From assembly GCF_006345805.1 (NCBI RefSeq), contig NC_043003.1, positions 33,232,001-33,296,000 on the forward strand: 64,000 nt of DNA, written 5' to 3'. Below the pieces are notes generated by a model. That model searched no databases, had not been told where the DNA came from, and worked only from the letters and a program-made list of their open reading frames with translations. The stretch comes from Octopus sinensis. Taxonomy: Eukaryota. Each line of letters begins with the position of its first letter. Positions within the stretch are counted from its first letter, which is position 1. Of this stretch, positions 1 to 13,777 are shown piece by piece. The translations under genes were made by a program, and so were the position numbers.

Positions 1-384
1 GACCGTTAACCCATTAACGTACATTTATAACTTCAAAGATGTTATACTCCAATAACAAATATCAGTGTTTCTTTAACTTCAATCATATTTCTTCTGTAAA
101 GTGATCATATTTCTTCGTCTGTTTGAGTATGAATCCGCTTGACTTTTCAATATCTTATATTGTTCCCTCTGAATTATAAAATTATTGCGTATTTATTAAT
201 TTATGTTTTCTCTTTCTTACTCTGGTTTTGTATGTGGTTTCATTTCACTTTCCTTATCTAGTCTACAATACATAGGGGACAATTGGAATCTATCAGTGCA
301 TTTCACTTCTAATTACGAAAGTGACTGCAATATGCTTAAGATTGTAATTTTCGTAGCCGCTCGATAAGTACGCATTATATACTT

Positions 385-520
385 AAGCGTGGCTATGTGG
401 TAAGAAGCTTGCTTCCCAAACACATGGTTCCAGGCTCAGTCCCACCGCGTGGCACCTTTGGCTAGTGTTTGCTACTATAGGCTCCAACTTGGTAGACGGA
501 AAGTGAGATAAGCCCGTCGT
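385..520 (+). mobile_element. SINE family A, 5' half (tRNA-derived head); its 3' half is at 1476-1690, split by a PLE insertion
   Basis: Head GTGGCTATGTGGTAAG..GGTTCCAGGCTCAGTCCCAC (A/B-box-like) and ..GGTAGACGGAAA..AAGCCCGTCG match the full copies at 3803, 46284 and 58908. Confidence 0.8.
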
Positions 521-522
521 CT

Positions 523-1475
523 GTGTTCGGATTGTCCTTGCACAGGGGACATCCGGACTTCCGTCTTCGCTGTGAACAAGGATTAATCTTCTGTCTTCGC
601 TCTTTTGCACCATATGGGCTCAACTCCCCTCTTCATCTAACTCCTCTTTTCTCTCACACCTACTTGCTCTCTTCACTCTCACCCACCTCTCTTCTCTTTT
701 GTTCCGACACCTACTGTATTCACTCCTACACACGTTCTACCTTCCATCCACTCTTTTTATCGTCACCCCTCCATCGTTAACCCACACCTACACATCCCAA
801 CCCCACCATCCCTATACATCCCATCCCCCACACCCACACATTCCACTCCCTCACACCCCAATCCCACATACACACCCACCCCACCCCACCCCTTTACACT
901 CACCCAACCTACACCCTACCCTTGCACCTCACAGCCTCGCATCCCCCAGCCTCGCACCCCACACACAATGCCATCATACTACACCACACACCATCACACC
1001 ATAACACAACAGACCACACATCACCTCAACACAGCACCACACCATAACATCACACCACAACACAACACACAAGACACCACACATCACATCACCACACCAC
1101 CCTGCAGACATTAGCATTGACCACTTCCAAGCACCCACACCACACCACACACTACCACACCACCCAACACACACACACGCTCTCACGTACACACGCACGC
1201 ACATCTTCATTTTGGGATCACCACTACTTTATTATCTCCCCTTCTTCCTAACTTTCCTGTCTGACCACCTTTGTCTGGCCATCGCCATGATTGACCGCTA
1301 GCCACTAAAGCTTCTTTTAATTATCTCTCTGTATATTTTCTAGCGTTCCTTTCTGTTGGAGAGCGTAGGCTCGAATCGTAAGACATTCTCACTTTCCCAG
1401 GCGTTATATAATACACATGTTTGTTGTTTACACATCTATCTTCGTCTTTTGTTTTTTTTGTAAATTCCAACTATA
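523..1475 (+). mobile_element. 5'-truncated Penelope-like element: GIY-YIG endonuclease C-terminus, CA/CT-rich spacer and pLTR-like end
   Basis: 523-640 translates FGLSLHRGHPDFRLRCEQGLIFCLRSFAPYGLN, fitting the PLE endonuclease C-terminal pattern R..EQ.LIF.L....P.GLN. The 3' ~200 bp recur at 5817-5990(-), 17803-17920 and 55815-55998 and contain a hammerhead-like motif. Confidence 0.7.
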
Positions 1476-1690
1476 TGTGTGTGTGTCCTTGTGTCAGTGT
1501 TTGTACCCACCACCGTTTGAAAACCGGTGTTGGTGCGTTTTCATCCCATAACCAGGCGGTTCAGCAAAAGAGACTGATAGAATAAGCACCAGACTTAAAA
1601 TATAAGCAATGGGGTCGATTCATTCGACTAAAAATTCAAAGCGGTGGCTCAGCTTGGCCGCAGTCTAAATGCTTAAATAAGTAAAAGATA
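1476..1690 (+). mobile_element. SINE family A, 3' half
   Basis: CCGGTGTTGGTGCGTTT..GGCGGTTCAGCAAAAGAGACTGATAGAATAAG..GGGGTCGATT..GGCCGCAGTC..AAGTAAAAGA matches the 3' half of full copies. Confidence 0.75.
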
Positions 1691-1874
1691 CAAAATGAAA
1701 GCTATATATATATATGTGTGTGTGTGTGGTGTGTGTGTGTGTTTGTGTATGTGTGTGTGTGTGTGTGTATTTGTGTGTGTGTGTGTATACATATATTCAA
1801 AATACCTTCTAAAAATGCGGAGATAAAAACCTCCAAATGGCAGGGCAAGTGTAGACACATTTTTTTGACGCTAC

Positions 1875-1914
1875 TCTTCTGAAGATCGTCCTTTGCGTCC
1901 GAAATATGTAAAGA
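1875..1914 (+). ncRNA. Degenerate type I hammerhead ribozyme motif
   Basis: TCTT-CTGAAGA-(broken stem II)-GAAA-TAT-GTA-AAGA. Stem I TCTT/AAGA flanks the core, but stem II is largely mispaired. Confidence 0.4.
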
Positions 1915-2034
1915 TTTTACGACATTCATCTCTGCATTGTTAGAAGATTTTCCCAATCCACTTATCATTCTACTTCTGCGCTACAATGCATCAAGCGAAC
2001 TACAATACAACCTTCTTATATACATACATACATA

Positions 2035-2122
<88 letters not shown>

Positions 2123-2156
2123 TATATTGTTTCTATATTCAAAGACACACACACAT

Positions 2157-2231
<75 letters not shown>

Positions 2232-3044
2232 GCATATATTTCGCAAGTATATGGAACATTTAAGAGAAAGATTATATAATAGAAACACGAAACGGTGAAC
2301 AAGTAATAAAGGGAAATAACTTTATACAAGGCGTTCAAAAGAGTATATAAGGCATTCAAAATGATGAAAGCAAATAACAAAAGACTAGAATATACAAATC
2401 CTAGATCCTATAAAATACATATTAATAAAGATAAAGGAACCCGAAGACTTAAATGAAAAGTGATGCGGAGGAGATTTAGGAATAAAGAATTATATACGTT
2501 GATATCATGAGGTTGACAATTTAAATGTAGAAACTATTAATCGATACACAACACTCCTATGAAACAGGAATGCACCTTTGAAAGAAAAGCTGATGGTGAT
2601 GATCGTGGCTGTCTATCTTCTGATTGAACCATGGAAATTATATCTTCATTAAATCAAAAGCGTTTTAGTTTACTTTGATGTATTGTGATACTGGAGTAAA
2701 ATAAATAATAAAAACGGAGAGCTTCTTACAATGAGAAAAGGGAAAGTTAACACACCTTTATATATTTCGGGCACCAAAGACTCCTCGGCAAAGTGAACGG
2801 CTTGAAGAAGTGTAAGATTTGCGTAGATCCTACAATGTTGATTATTAAGGGTTTCACTTACGATGGGCGTTTGTGCTTGAAATATATAACATTTTAAGAA
2901 GCCCTTCGTTTTCATTATTTGTTATGTTTTTAGTTTTCCCAAATTTGTGATAATTTCTGTCACTTGCGAACCCTGCCAGATGCTGTATCTATTCTGCCAA
3001 TGCAACGCTTTGAATTTGCGATTGTACAATTTTTAGCGATCTGT

Positions 3045-3165
3045 AAGGGATGACAGGCAAAGTTGCCCTCGGCAGGATTTGAACTCAGAGTAGATAGAAT
3101 CGGAACAAATACAAGGCACTTTCCCTAACACTCTAACAATTCTGTCAGTTCGCTTCCTAGCAAAG
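3045..3165 (-). mobile_element. SINE family B fragment
   Basis: Reverse complement of GGCAAAGTTGCCCTCGGCAGGATTTGAACTCAG matches the SINE-B body. Confidence 0.65.
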
Positions 3166-3207
3166 AAAATATCAATGATAACGTAAAATAAGCAACAAAA
3201 AAAAGCC

Positions 3208-3425
3208 AGCAAGCTCTCAGAATCGTTAGTACGCCGAGAAAAATGCTTAGCGGCATTTCATCCGTCTTCACATTCTCAGTTCAAATTCCGCCAAGGTCGA
3301 TTTTGGCTTTCATCCTTTCGGGCATCGAGAAAATGAGTACCTGTTGAATACTGGGTTCGATGTAATCTACTTCCCACTCCCCAGAAATTGCTGGCCTTGT
3401 GTCAACATTTGAAACCAATATAATA
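3208..3425 (+). mobile_element. SINE family B, short-tail form
   Basis: CAGAATCGTTAG..AAATGCTTAGCGGCATTTC..GTTCAAATTCCGCCAAGGTCGA..CTTTCATCCTTTCGGG, then tail GCTGGCCTTGTGTCAACATTTGAAACCAATAT. Confidence 0.8.
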
Positions 3426-3802
3426 TCAGCAAAATAAAAAAAAAAACATGTATAGCTGCTAGACACCTATTGACATCAGATACAAGCATTAATATCACCA
3501 GACTAAAGGAATTCTTACATACAAATGTCACTATAGTTCAAAAGGAAAGAGAATATTCTATCAGATCCAGCCATATAAAATTATCTTTTAATATACATCA
3601 TAGCAAATAAATATACAGAAAAAGCTTGGTAACACGTGGCAGGATATCTAAGTCTTTAATGAAATCAATAACTATATGAAATAACAGAAAACATATTTTA
3701 GATATTGCGAAAAATGTATTGCCAGAAGTGAAAGAGAATCGGTAACAGAAGATCCTCACAAAATCTGGAAAAATGCGTGGGAATAAAAAAAAAATCTTTT
3801 AT

Positions 3803-3969
3803 AGGCGCAGGAGTGGTTGTGTGGTAAATAGCTTACTTACCAACCACATGGTTCCGAGTTCAGTCCCACTGCATGGCACTTTGGGCAAGTGTCTTCTACT
3901 ACAGCCTCTACAAAGCTTTGTGAGTGGATTTGGTTGACGGAAACTGAAAGAAGCCCGTCGTATATATGC

Positions 3970-4031
<62 letters not shown>

Positions 4032-4248
4032 TTGTGTTTGTGTTTGACCCCCACCAACATTGCTTGACAACCGACGTTGGTGTGTTTACGTCCCCGTAAC
4101 TTAGTGGTTCGGTAATAGAGGCCGATAGAATAAGTACTAGACTAACAAAGAATAAGTCATGGGGTCAATTTTCTCGACTAAATGCGGTGCTCCAGCATGG
4201 CCGTAGTCAAAGTGACTGAAGCAAGTAAAAGAGTAACGAGAGTAAAAC
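3803..4248 (+). mobile_element. SINE family A, full length, with internal (TA)n(TG)n microsatellite
   Basis: AGGCGCAGGAGTGGTTGTGTGGTAA head, GAGTTCAGTCCC B-box-like motif, CTTTGGGCAAGTG segment, central microsatellite and GTAAAAGA tail. Several homologues are in the window. Confidence 0.9.
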
Positions 4249-4849
4249 AAAGAATTCCAATCCAAAACAAAACGATTTTTGTCATGAGTCAATTGAAGAT
4301 GAAATGAAAAATGAACGCAGAACAAATAAAGGAAGTAACATTTCGGATGAAGCTGATGTCAACGAAAACTCATCGTAGATGATGTTCAAAACAGTGAACA
4401 AACAATATGCTGCAAAAATCAAATAACTGGAAGACACTACGGCTCGACAGATTTGGAAACTTCTAGTAAATTATTTAACCTAGTCATGCAAGGTGGTTGT
4501 AGAGATGTTTAATAATATTCTGGAATGATTCACTGAGGATGAAATAAACCCAACTTTGCCCTTTGCATATGACAATCGTTTATATATATATTTGTCTGGA
4601 ATGTCCTGGTCTGGTTTGGGATTTGCAGTTAACCCTTGATTCATATGTTCTGGTAATCAAAGCTTTCCTTCCATTAGTCCAATTTTAGTCTGATGGTTAG
4701 ATAAATCTTGGGAACGTGTGCCATATATGACGCATGCGCATAAGTAAACATGTCCTGTGTATCAAAGGGTTAATAATTAAAATCAAAAATTTAAATTCTG
4801 CAAACCTCCGACTCATAAAACACTTCCGTTTAACCTGCAAAACGTTGAC

Positions 4850-5689
4850 GGTGATAGTAGCACAAACGAACTGAAAGGATGCCGCAAAGGATTAGGTGAT
4901 AGTAGAAAATCAATTTCCGATCAACAATGCCATAATCCTAAAAGAAGACTAAATGATCTATTTATGACATTTATTGAATATCAGATATTTGACACAATTC
5001 CTTACATACGCATTCTGAAAACAATGCAACTGAATGATGTAGCATTAGTAAGAAAAGAACATTAAGCATGCCGCTACTAAGTAACAAACAATTATGCCGA
5101 TAAAAATATAATATATCTGCAAATATGGAATATTATGAGGAGACGCCCTTTTTTTCACTCAGTTTCTGTTTGGCATCAGTATTGTTGAGCGATATATTAA
5201 ATAAAATTGGTCGCAGATATAAATGTTATGGTAGGACAAGCCCACAATGATTGTATATGACTGACTTCAAATCCCACGTTGAGAGCGTAAATTATTAGAA
5301 ATAAATGTTGCTGACACCACACAGATTTTAAGGGAAATTTGTGTGAGTTCTGTCTCACAAAAATGCGACAAGACAACTGTGAAAAGAAGAAAATTACGAA
5401 TTCGAATATAATGTTTCAGAAAGAAACCGGGATATGAAAAATGCAACATATACATACAAATATATAGGTAACAACGAACTAGACGGAGTTTAACAAGTGC
5501 AAATAAAAGAAAAGTTTCGGTGCTGATATTCTAGAAGAAATAGAATGATACTTAAAGATCATAAGGCATGAGTACTGTAACTATGGATGTGAACATTTTT
5601 AGTTAGCTTACTCAACTGAATGTTAAACAAACTAGTATGGTTAACAGGGAAAGGAAGCGATGTATTTAAAGCGCACGACCTACAAGAAA

Positions 5690-5690
<1 letters not shown>
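4850..5690 (+). pseudogene. Heavily decayed R4/Dong-like non-LTR reverse transcriptase fragment
   Basis: Frameshifted motifs in the expected order: ELKGCRKG (~4868), FMTFIEY..FDTIPY (~4960; cf. DYxKAFDSVPH), GDAL..FCLA (~5140; cf. GDxLSPLxFCL) and YKYIG (~5455). Confidence 0.55.
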
Positions 5691-5749
<59 letters not shown>

Positions 5750-5816
5750 TATATATTATATATATATATATATATTATATATATATATATATGTATGTAT
5801 GTATGTATATATAGGG

Positions 5817-5990
5817 GGAGAATTGACAAAGAAACAAAAGACGAAGACAAGTGGTGGAGACAAGAAACAGATGTATTAGTATAACGCTCGGGAAGTGAAA
5901 AAGTCTTTAACGCTTCGCGCCTACGCTCTTCCACAGAAAGGAACACAGAAAGAAACAAGGAGAGAAAATGAAGAAAATAAGGAGAGAATA
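5817..5990 (-). mobile_element. PLE pLTR-like terminal repeat (same family as 1280-1475)
   Basis: Reverse complement reads CCTTTCTGTGGAAGAGCGTAGGCGCGAAGCGTTAAAGACTTTTTCACTTCCCGAGCGTTATACTAATACATCTG. It abuts (TA)n. Confidence 0.75.
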
Positions 5991-7427
5991 GGTTGATCCT
6001 GTCTCCTCTCATCACCCTTCTCTACTGGACTTTCTACACTTCAGCTGCACCTCTCCTGCATATGGATTACACTGGACTATGTGTATATCTATGCGTCAAT
6101 CATTAACAATGATCGTGTTGACTGTAACTTCGGTTGACTTTGGAACCTTTCAGTATATCTAGTATTATATATTCTTCGGTAAGTTTTATTTTTCTGTGGT
6201 AGGTTAGATTCTGATGGGAAGATATGGACTGTTATTATCTTATTAAATCCGGAGTTAAGTTATAGTTCAGAATGCAGTCATGTACATAGAAATTTCTTGT
6301 CGGATGTCTCTGTTTAGGTGTTTCAACTTCACGTCTTCTAGTTGTGTTTCGATTGGTGAAGCGGTTATTCGGTCATCAGATTTCTTTACTTGCTGGTGTT
6401 ATTTAGAAGATTTGATCTGGCTGTTTGTTTTGCAATGTTTGATATTATTACTCACTCTTCAGTCAAGCATGTAATACTTTGTGGTTAGTCGTCTTTATTT
6501 AGGTATGTCATCTTTTGTTCATCGTACTTTTAGGATAGAAACGTGTTTGCCTTGTGCTCACAGAAGTACGTAGAAGAATAGAAGGGTTAGCTGGTCGGCA
6601 GTTTTCTCACTAGAAGTTAATTTCTCATGTTATTTTATTGATAAAAACTTTAAACTTCATGCTTTGGGGAAGTTAAGTTTGTGGACTATGTCCTTATAAA
6701 TATTTCTACTTAGCAGTTTCGAGTGTGTGTATTGGCAATACTATTTAGTAGATAATATCTTAAGTGCTATAACGTGGGGCATTAAAAAGTTGTATAATCA
6801 TACATATGTATAAAAATAAAATTAAATACACATATAAAGACACAAAAAATTTCTATTCAAAGGTTAATCCTCGAATTTTGTTGCACATGTGCCAATACAT
6901 GTATATGTATATGTGTGTATCTATATGTATGCATTTATAATAGAAAATTTGTTTCGTATTTCGGTTGAAATTTGGAGAACTTTCAGATAATTTCTACCCT
7001 ACGTTTTAGTAGAAAAGTGTTATTTGGTGTTTATATATATTACGGGAATGGTTTGTAGTGATGGATGGGAAAACCAAGGTAGGTGAGATATTGTCAGTTT
7101 GTGTGTTCGAAAAAGCTATTTGTTTGAAATGTCGTAGTGTCTTGAAGATTTTTGTTGTTGTAAAAAGAGATTAATTCAGCGTTTTGATTCAGAATTTAAA
7201 TCTTATTAGTGAGGCAGTGGTAAACTAAATTGTACAAAGTCGGTAGGGGTTGTGTTTACTTTGACTTGGTTGTTTCTGTGATGGTATTTCCCAATTAATG
7301 TTAAATGGGATAATTTTTCATATTAATATCCATATATATCTTTGGTTTACCGAGATGCCATTTTCCGATGTTGAGATCTATAGCTGATAAACCTAATTAC
7401 AAAACCTTACATGCTTAAGTCAATTAT

Positions 7428-7740
7428 GTTTAGCCGCTTGTGGGTAGTAAAGAAATAGGTATTTCGTCTGAAGTTCAAATTCCGCTGAGGTCGACTTTGC
7501 CTTTCATCTTTTCGGAGTCGATAAATTACGAACTGGATCGATCTAATCGACTGGCCTCCTCCCCAAAAATTTCGAGCATTGTGCCTAGAGTAGGAAGGAA
7601 ACGTTAGCTCGCTGGGCGAAATGGTTAGCGTTATTTCGTCTATCTTTATGTTCTGAAGTTCAAATTCTGCCGAGGTCGACTTCGCTTTTCATCCATTCGG
7701 GGTCGATAAATTAAGTACTGGGGTCGATTTAATCGACTGG
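7428..7740 (+). mobile_element. Stacked SINE-B copies; a long-tail 3' end is joined at GGTATTTCGTC to another copy
   Basis: GTTTAGCCGCTTGTGGGTAGTAAAGAAATA|GGTATTTCGTCTG..GTTCAAATTCCGCTGAGGTCGAC, followed by a second SINE-B from ~7598. Confidence 0.8.
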
Positions 7741-8290
7741 TTATTCTATACTTTTGTAGAGTACACATTTATTATTCATAAACAAGAATTTTATTGATCG
7801 TGACTTCGAAGTTTCGAAGATAAGCCATCGTGGGACTGCGATGTATTGAAGTTAATTTTGGCTTTATATAGTCTCTGTTGAGCTAAATCCTTCCGTGCGT
7901 GTATAGGTTTAAGTTGATTGGTAAGTAATTTTTACGGTGGGTTAGAGGTATTTACGTAAATTTTTTATCGATTAAATTTGAATTTATATTATTCTTTAGA
8001 ATTTATTAATGTTTGTAGAACTTTGTAAGCTGGTGTGAATATTTAGGTGTAGCCCTATCGTGGGTCGGTATAGGATACATATTTATTTTTGCCTTGACTC
8101 GAATAATCCTTCGGTTTGACAGAGATCAAAAGTAATTTAGTATTTAAAAACTTAGTAATTGGTGGTAATTGGTGGTGTCAGATTTTTGTAATGGAAATTT
8201 GTAGGGGCTAACAACAGAGACTATATAAAGCCAAAATTGACTTCAATATATCGCAGTCCAACGATGACTTAACTGGCCAAAACCTCGAAA

Positions 8291-8660
8291 TCTCTCTATA
8301 TATAAACGGCAGTTTGTCTGTCTGTGTGTCTGTGTGTCTGTCAGGTTGTACCCTCACCCTGACCACGGCTTTCAACCGATTCTGATGAAACTTGACACAC
8401 ACGTAGCCAATGTCATAATTCAAAACTAACGCAGCGAAAATTTTGAAAAGTTCCCCCAGTTCTGAAAAAAAATCGATAAATTCGACATGGGTCGAGAATC
8501 TAAGCTTTTTATATGCAATACATTTTCTACAGACTGTCTAGGGGACGCAACTCGACCAAACTGAACAAACGAATGGAAAAGGTTTTTTTGATGCACACGA
8601 CAAAAGCGGTTTATAATAAACCAAGAGTTTGCAAGTAGCGTCCGAGGACCCTTAGGGTAC
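8291..8660 (+). mobile_element. Helitron-like non-autonomous element, 5' part (3' end uncertain)
   Basis: Starts A|TCTCTCTATATATAAA, then (GTCT)n and AACCGATTCTGATGAAACTTGACACA, an arrangement typical of animal non-autonomous Helitron 5' ends. No clear hairpin+CTAG terminus was found. Confidence 0.45.
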
Positions 8661-9015
8661 GTCAAAAATTTAAGGTAAAACGTTTGGGGTGGTAGTTATA
8701 AAGAAAGTGTAAACAAAAAAAGTATTCGAATAACTTGCGGCTGCAGCAGCTATTAGCAGAAGTGGCGGTGTTGGGGGTAAAGTCTCGAATGTAATTTCTT
8801 CCTGGTAGGAATTGGTTGGGTTGAATTATCGATAGCTGTTTGATAGTTATTTGGGAGTGAAGAGAAGACATTGCAACCTACACATGCGCCTTCGTTCCCT
8901 AGAGGGAAAGGACTAGATTGGGATTAGTCGTTGCCTACTAGGGGCTCTTGCTAGTTACTGTTTAAGAATAACACGCGTTCAAACACACGTACACACAGTT
9001 AGTTAGTTAGTTTGC

Positions 9016-9051
<36 letters not shown>

Positions 9052-9057
9052 CAGTTG

Positions 9058-9702
<645 letters not shown>

Positions 9703-9704
9703 AA

Positions 9705-10200
9705 TGGCATCGAAGGACGTGGTGGCTGGTGTTCTTCATTGGAAGTACATTCAAATCATATAGCTACACGTGTTTGGCCAACCTGTCGCCACACACTTCC
9801 GTGTATGGCACCATTCCATTTATCATATACGAGTGTGCACCATTGCTGCACACCAAGGATCCGAATACGCAAGGAAGCAGAAGAAAAACATTTTCCCGTC
9901 CAACGCTGGAGCCATGTCATCAACAGATTTATATGAACATATTTTCCTTTCTTATTCGCCATCTCCTATCAGTTCAGTAATCCTAATCATATCTTTCAGC
10001 TTCCCCTTTTCCACCTCAATCTCTCCCTACACCTCGTCTCAGAGCGTTTTGTCTTCTCTTCTACATTTTCTTTTCTTCTCCATCTCACACTAACTTCTAT
10101 CCTCTACTATTTCCTGTTTACGAATGAAGTTCACAGTTTCTGACATCCCACATCAGATTCAGCAAGTTTCTGAAAAACAGGGGATGTAAAACTCTGATGC
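9705..10200 (+). pseudogene. Decayed Penelope-like GIY-YIG endonuclease fragment with CT-rich 3' region
   Basis: QPVATHFRVWHHSIYHIRVCTIAAHQGSEYARKQK fits the PLE pattern PVA.HF...HS...(L/I).V.....RK..E. Confidence 0.55.
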
Positions 10201-10282
10201 CTTTCTTTTATTTCCTTACAGTGAACTTTTTCTTGTGGAAGGACTATTTTCCTAAACACTGAACATTCCACTACCAACAATA

Positions 10283-10351
<69 letters not shown>

Positions 10352-10397
10352 ATATATATGCATGTGTGTGTGTGTCATTCCCCTGCCTATCGGATGC

Positions 10398-10585
10398 ATT
10401 CCATTCCGGAAGTTCCGAAAATCATGCCGTAATGTGGAGTTCCATTATGTGAACCACGTTTTCTTAACAAGTTCATTGGCTTTTAAGTACCATTGGCAGT
10501 CAATAGGAAATAAGCTTCACAATACGGATTTCCACGTTACGTCAAGACTTTTAGGAAGGCAGTGCTTCCAGAAACGAGTGGTATT
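10398..10585. repeat. Old imperfect inverted repeat (MITE/fold-back-like)
   Basis: TTCCGAAAATCATGCCGTAATGTGGAGTTCCATTATGTGAA pairs imperfectly with TTCACAATACGGATTTCCACGTTACGTCAAGACTTTTAGGAA. It is bounded by TA/TG microsatellites. Confidence 0.55.
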
Positions 10586-10614
10586 CCAGTATGTGTATAG
10601 GCCCGCGCGTATAT

Positions 10615-10649
<35 letters not shown>

Positions 10650-11319
10650 CGTATGTGTGTATGTGTGTGTGCGTGTGTGTGTGTGTATATATGATACACA
10701 AATACACACCCATTTACACTGTCTGATCTTGATGTAATTATGTTTCTATTACACACCATAACACATACCGACATTGAATCAATAAATACAAAATTTGGCA
10801 CTGCTAACTCAATTGATAGTTGTCGCAATTTTTGTATAAGGAATCGATTTTTTGTGTATATTTATTTTTGTATTATTCTATATTTTATTTATTTATTTTT
10901 TTTTTTTGTTTACCAGAAATCGAATGTATATATTTAGTGTTCTTTGTAAAACGGCTACAGTAATTATTGTTATTCTCCTCCGTTTAAGGTGGGAAACAAT
11001 AAAACAAACACGCAACAATACAAGAAGAGGTAAATAAACGAATAAATAAATAAATAAAGAAATAATATTAAAATGAAAAATAAGCAAAGAAGACATATAC
11101 ATGGCTTAAGAAAAACAAAGAACTAACGGAAGAAACAAGTAACAGACAAACAAACAAAGCGAATCAGAGACAGAAACAATATTCTCCTCTCGTTCACACC
11201 AATAAAATTTTTGAAAAAGCAACCGGTTCGGCCATTAAGAAACGTAACCAGAAGAATAGCTGAAGAAGATGAAAAGGAAAAGAATATAAAGAAAAACAAT
11301 GAAGTATGAAGTAGAAGAG

Positions 11320-11358
11320 CAACAGCAATAACAACAAGAACAACAACTACTGCTGCTG

Positions 11359-11429
<71 letters not shown>

Positions 11430-11617
11430 GCAGCTGCTGCAACTTTTAATACTGTTTCTGCTAGTACTACTACTAATGGTAACTATTACAAATAATACTA
11501 CCACCGCAACCATAACTACTACAACAACAACAAAAGCAACTACTACTACTACTACTACTACATTCATTATAAAAACATTTTCAATAATACAAAATGCTAT
11601 AAGAATAATATTAGCAC

Positions 11618-11671
<54 letters not shown>

Positions 11672-11945
11672 CGACGACGATGATGATGATGACGATGATG
11701 ATGATGATGATGATACTGATCACGACGACGACGACGACGACAATGGTGATGGTACTGGTGAAGGAGGCAATAGTGTTACTGTTGGCGGCGCTGGTGGTGA
11801 TGGTGTTGGCGATAATGATAATAAAAATAGTTGTCTGAACAAAAATGTTCATAAAACTACATCAACACCCGACGACGACGACGAGGACGTCGAAGACGAC
11901 GACAACAACAACATCAATTACCGATAGTAACATCAACAATAAAAC
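11320..11945. repeat. Compound trinucleotide repeat cluster (CAA, CTG, CTA, ATG, ACG, GTG)
   Basis: Direct reading. Confidence 0.9.
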
Positions 11946-12242
11946 TATGAAAGATCGAAATTAACGGAAATGAAAATATTTACACGAAACTCTTGGAAAA
12001 AAAAAACAAACTGAAAACAGATCATATGAAAAATAAACAAAGACAAGCAAAAAAGAAAATATTTGTTTTCTAAATAACAACAATAACAATTGAAGGCATA
12101 ACAAAACAATATATACAGACATATATATGTACACTCTTATCGACATACACAGGTACATACAGGCTAACACGCGTACACCTATACACACACACACACGTAC
12201 ACACACATACACACACGCACACGTACACACATATATATATAT

Positions 12243-12288
<46 letters not shown>

Positions 12289-12332
12289 CAATATATATAT
12301 ATACATATATTCATATATATATACACATATAC

Positions 12333-12379
<47 letters not shown>

Positions 12380-12395
12380 TACATATATATGCACA

Positions 12396-12443
<48 letters not shown>

Positions 12444-13160
12444 AACACGCGCACACATGTATACATATACGCAGATATATGTATGTATGTATATACACAC
12501 ACACATATATATATATATATAATATGTGTATATATGTATATGTGTAGGAGTGTATGCAAATTGGTAGCAGTAACACAAAATATTAGAAGCCAGAATTTGG
12601 AACAGTGGTATTACAGATACTAATACTTTTTTAATAATAATAGTGTGGTTATTTTATAATAATAATAATGATTTGTTTGTTTTCATGATAATAATAATAA
12701 TAATACTAATAACTTGATAATGATGATGATGTTTGTGATGATGTTGATGATGATGATAGTGATGGTGACGATTGTGATGATTGTAACGGTGATAATGAAA
12801 AAAATATTAATAAAAATAAAGATAGTAATAAAATGTAATAGAAAAATAGGTTAAACACAGCAAAAACATATGCAGTCATACACACACACACACACATACA
12901 CACATAGACACGTGCAAGCAGATACATACACCTACACACACACACTCGTATACGCATGTATTTACGCAGTGAAAATAAGCATCGTCGGAAAATATAAAAA
13001 AAGAGAGAAAGGAAAACAAATTTAACACAGGCAGACTGTATATAAATTAGAAAATAACGATAACGCCATGATATTAATAATCGTACCTATACACACACAC
13101 ACACGCACACACACACATATATATATATATATACATATACATATGTATGTAGGTATAATT

Positions 13161-13230
<70 letters not shown>

Positions 13231-13777
13231 ATATATATTCATACATACATATGTATATATGTATATATATTCATACATACATATGTATATATTAAAGAAA
13301 AAAACATTAACAACATGATATCTAATATCCAGGACAACAGTAACACTGAATAGCAATATTAACAAATATTGTCGTATAGAATAGCAACAAATTCTTGAAC
13401 AACAATATTGCATTGTTACATACGAAGAGTCTCAGATACTGCAATGTGTATCATTGATATCGTTATATCTTTCAGGTTTGTTTATAATCGACGGAAATGG
13501 TGCTGCCATATATTACTAAAGACGTAAGGCGTTTGACGTTAAAATGCCAATTGTGGTTCACTACACAATGCAGTTAGTGAAATAATTGTTTCTACCACAA
13601 GTCTAGATTTCCATGCGTAGTGTTGTTAGTCTATTAAATCAACCCCAGTACACGATGAATGCTTTATGGATTTTCTAACAATGGAAGGAATACTTGATAT
13701 TAGTGATTTATGAACTCCAGAAACTGAAGAGCTACCTACTATTTCAGCAGTTATAGCAATAATGGTTTCAAATGTAT

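Larger units (their letters stand above)
7130..8880 (-). pseudogene. Decayed Penelope-like RT/GIY-YIG remnant, interrupted by SINE-B copies and a Helitron-like insertion
   Basis: Minus strand ~7360-7150 reads RYIWILI*KIIPFNINWEIPSQKQP..PYRLCTI..NQNAELISF, fitting the PLE pattern YIW.LK..I.W.I..PY..C.LC..LN.R.EL.S. ~8870 reads SSLHSQITIKQL (cf. SxHP..IKQ). Confidence 0.5.

Noticed and set aside
8291-8954. Full Helitron ending at CTAG|T (8951-8955)
   Set aside because: The subterminal hairpin is weak and 8660-8880 looks like PLE RT remnant, so the 3' end is unsupported.
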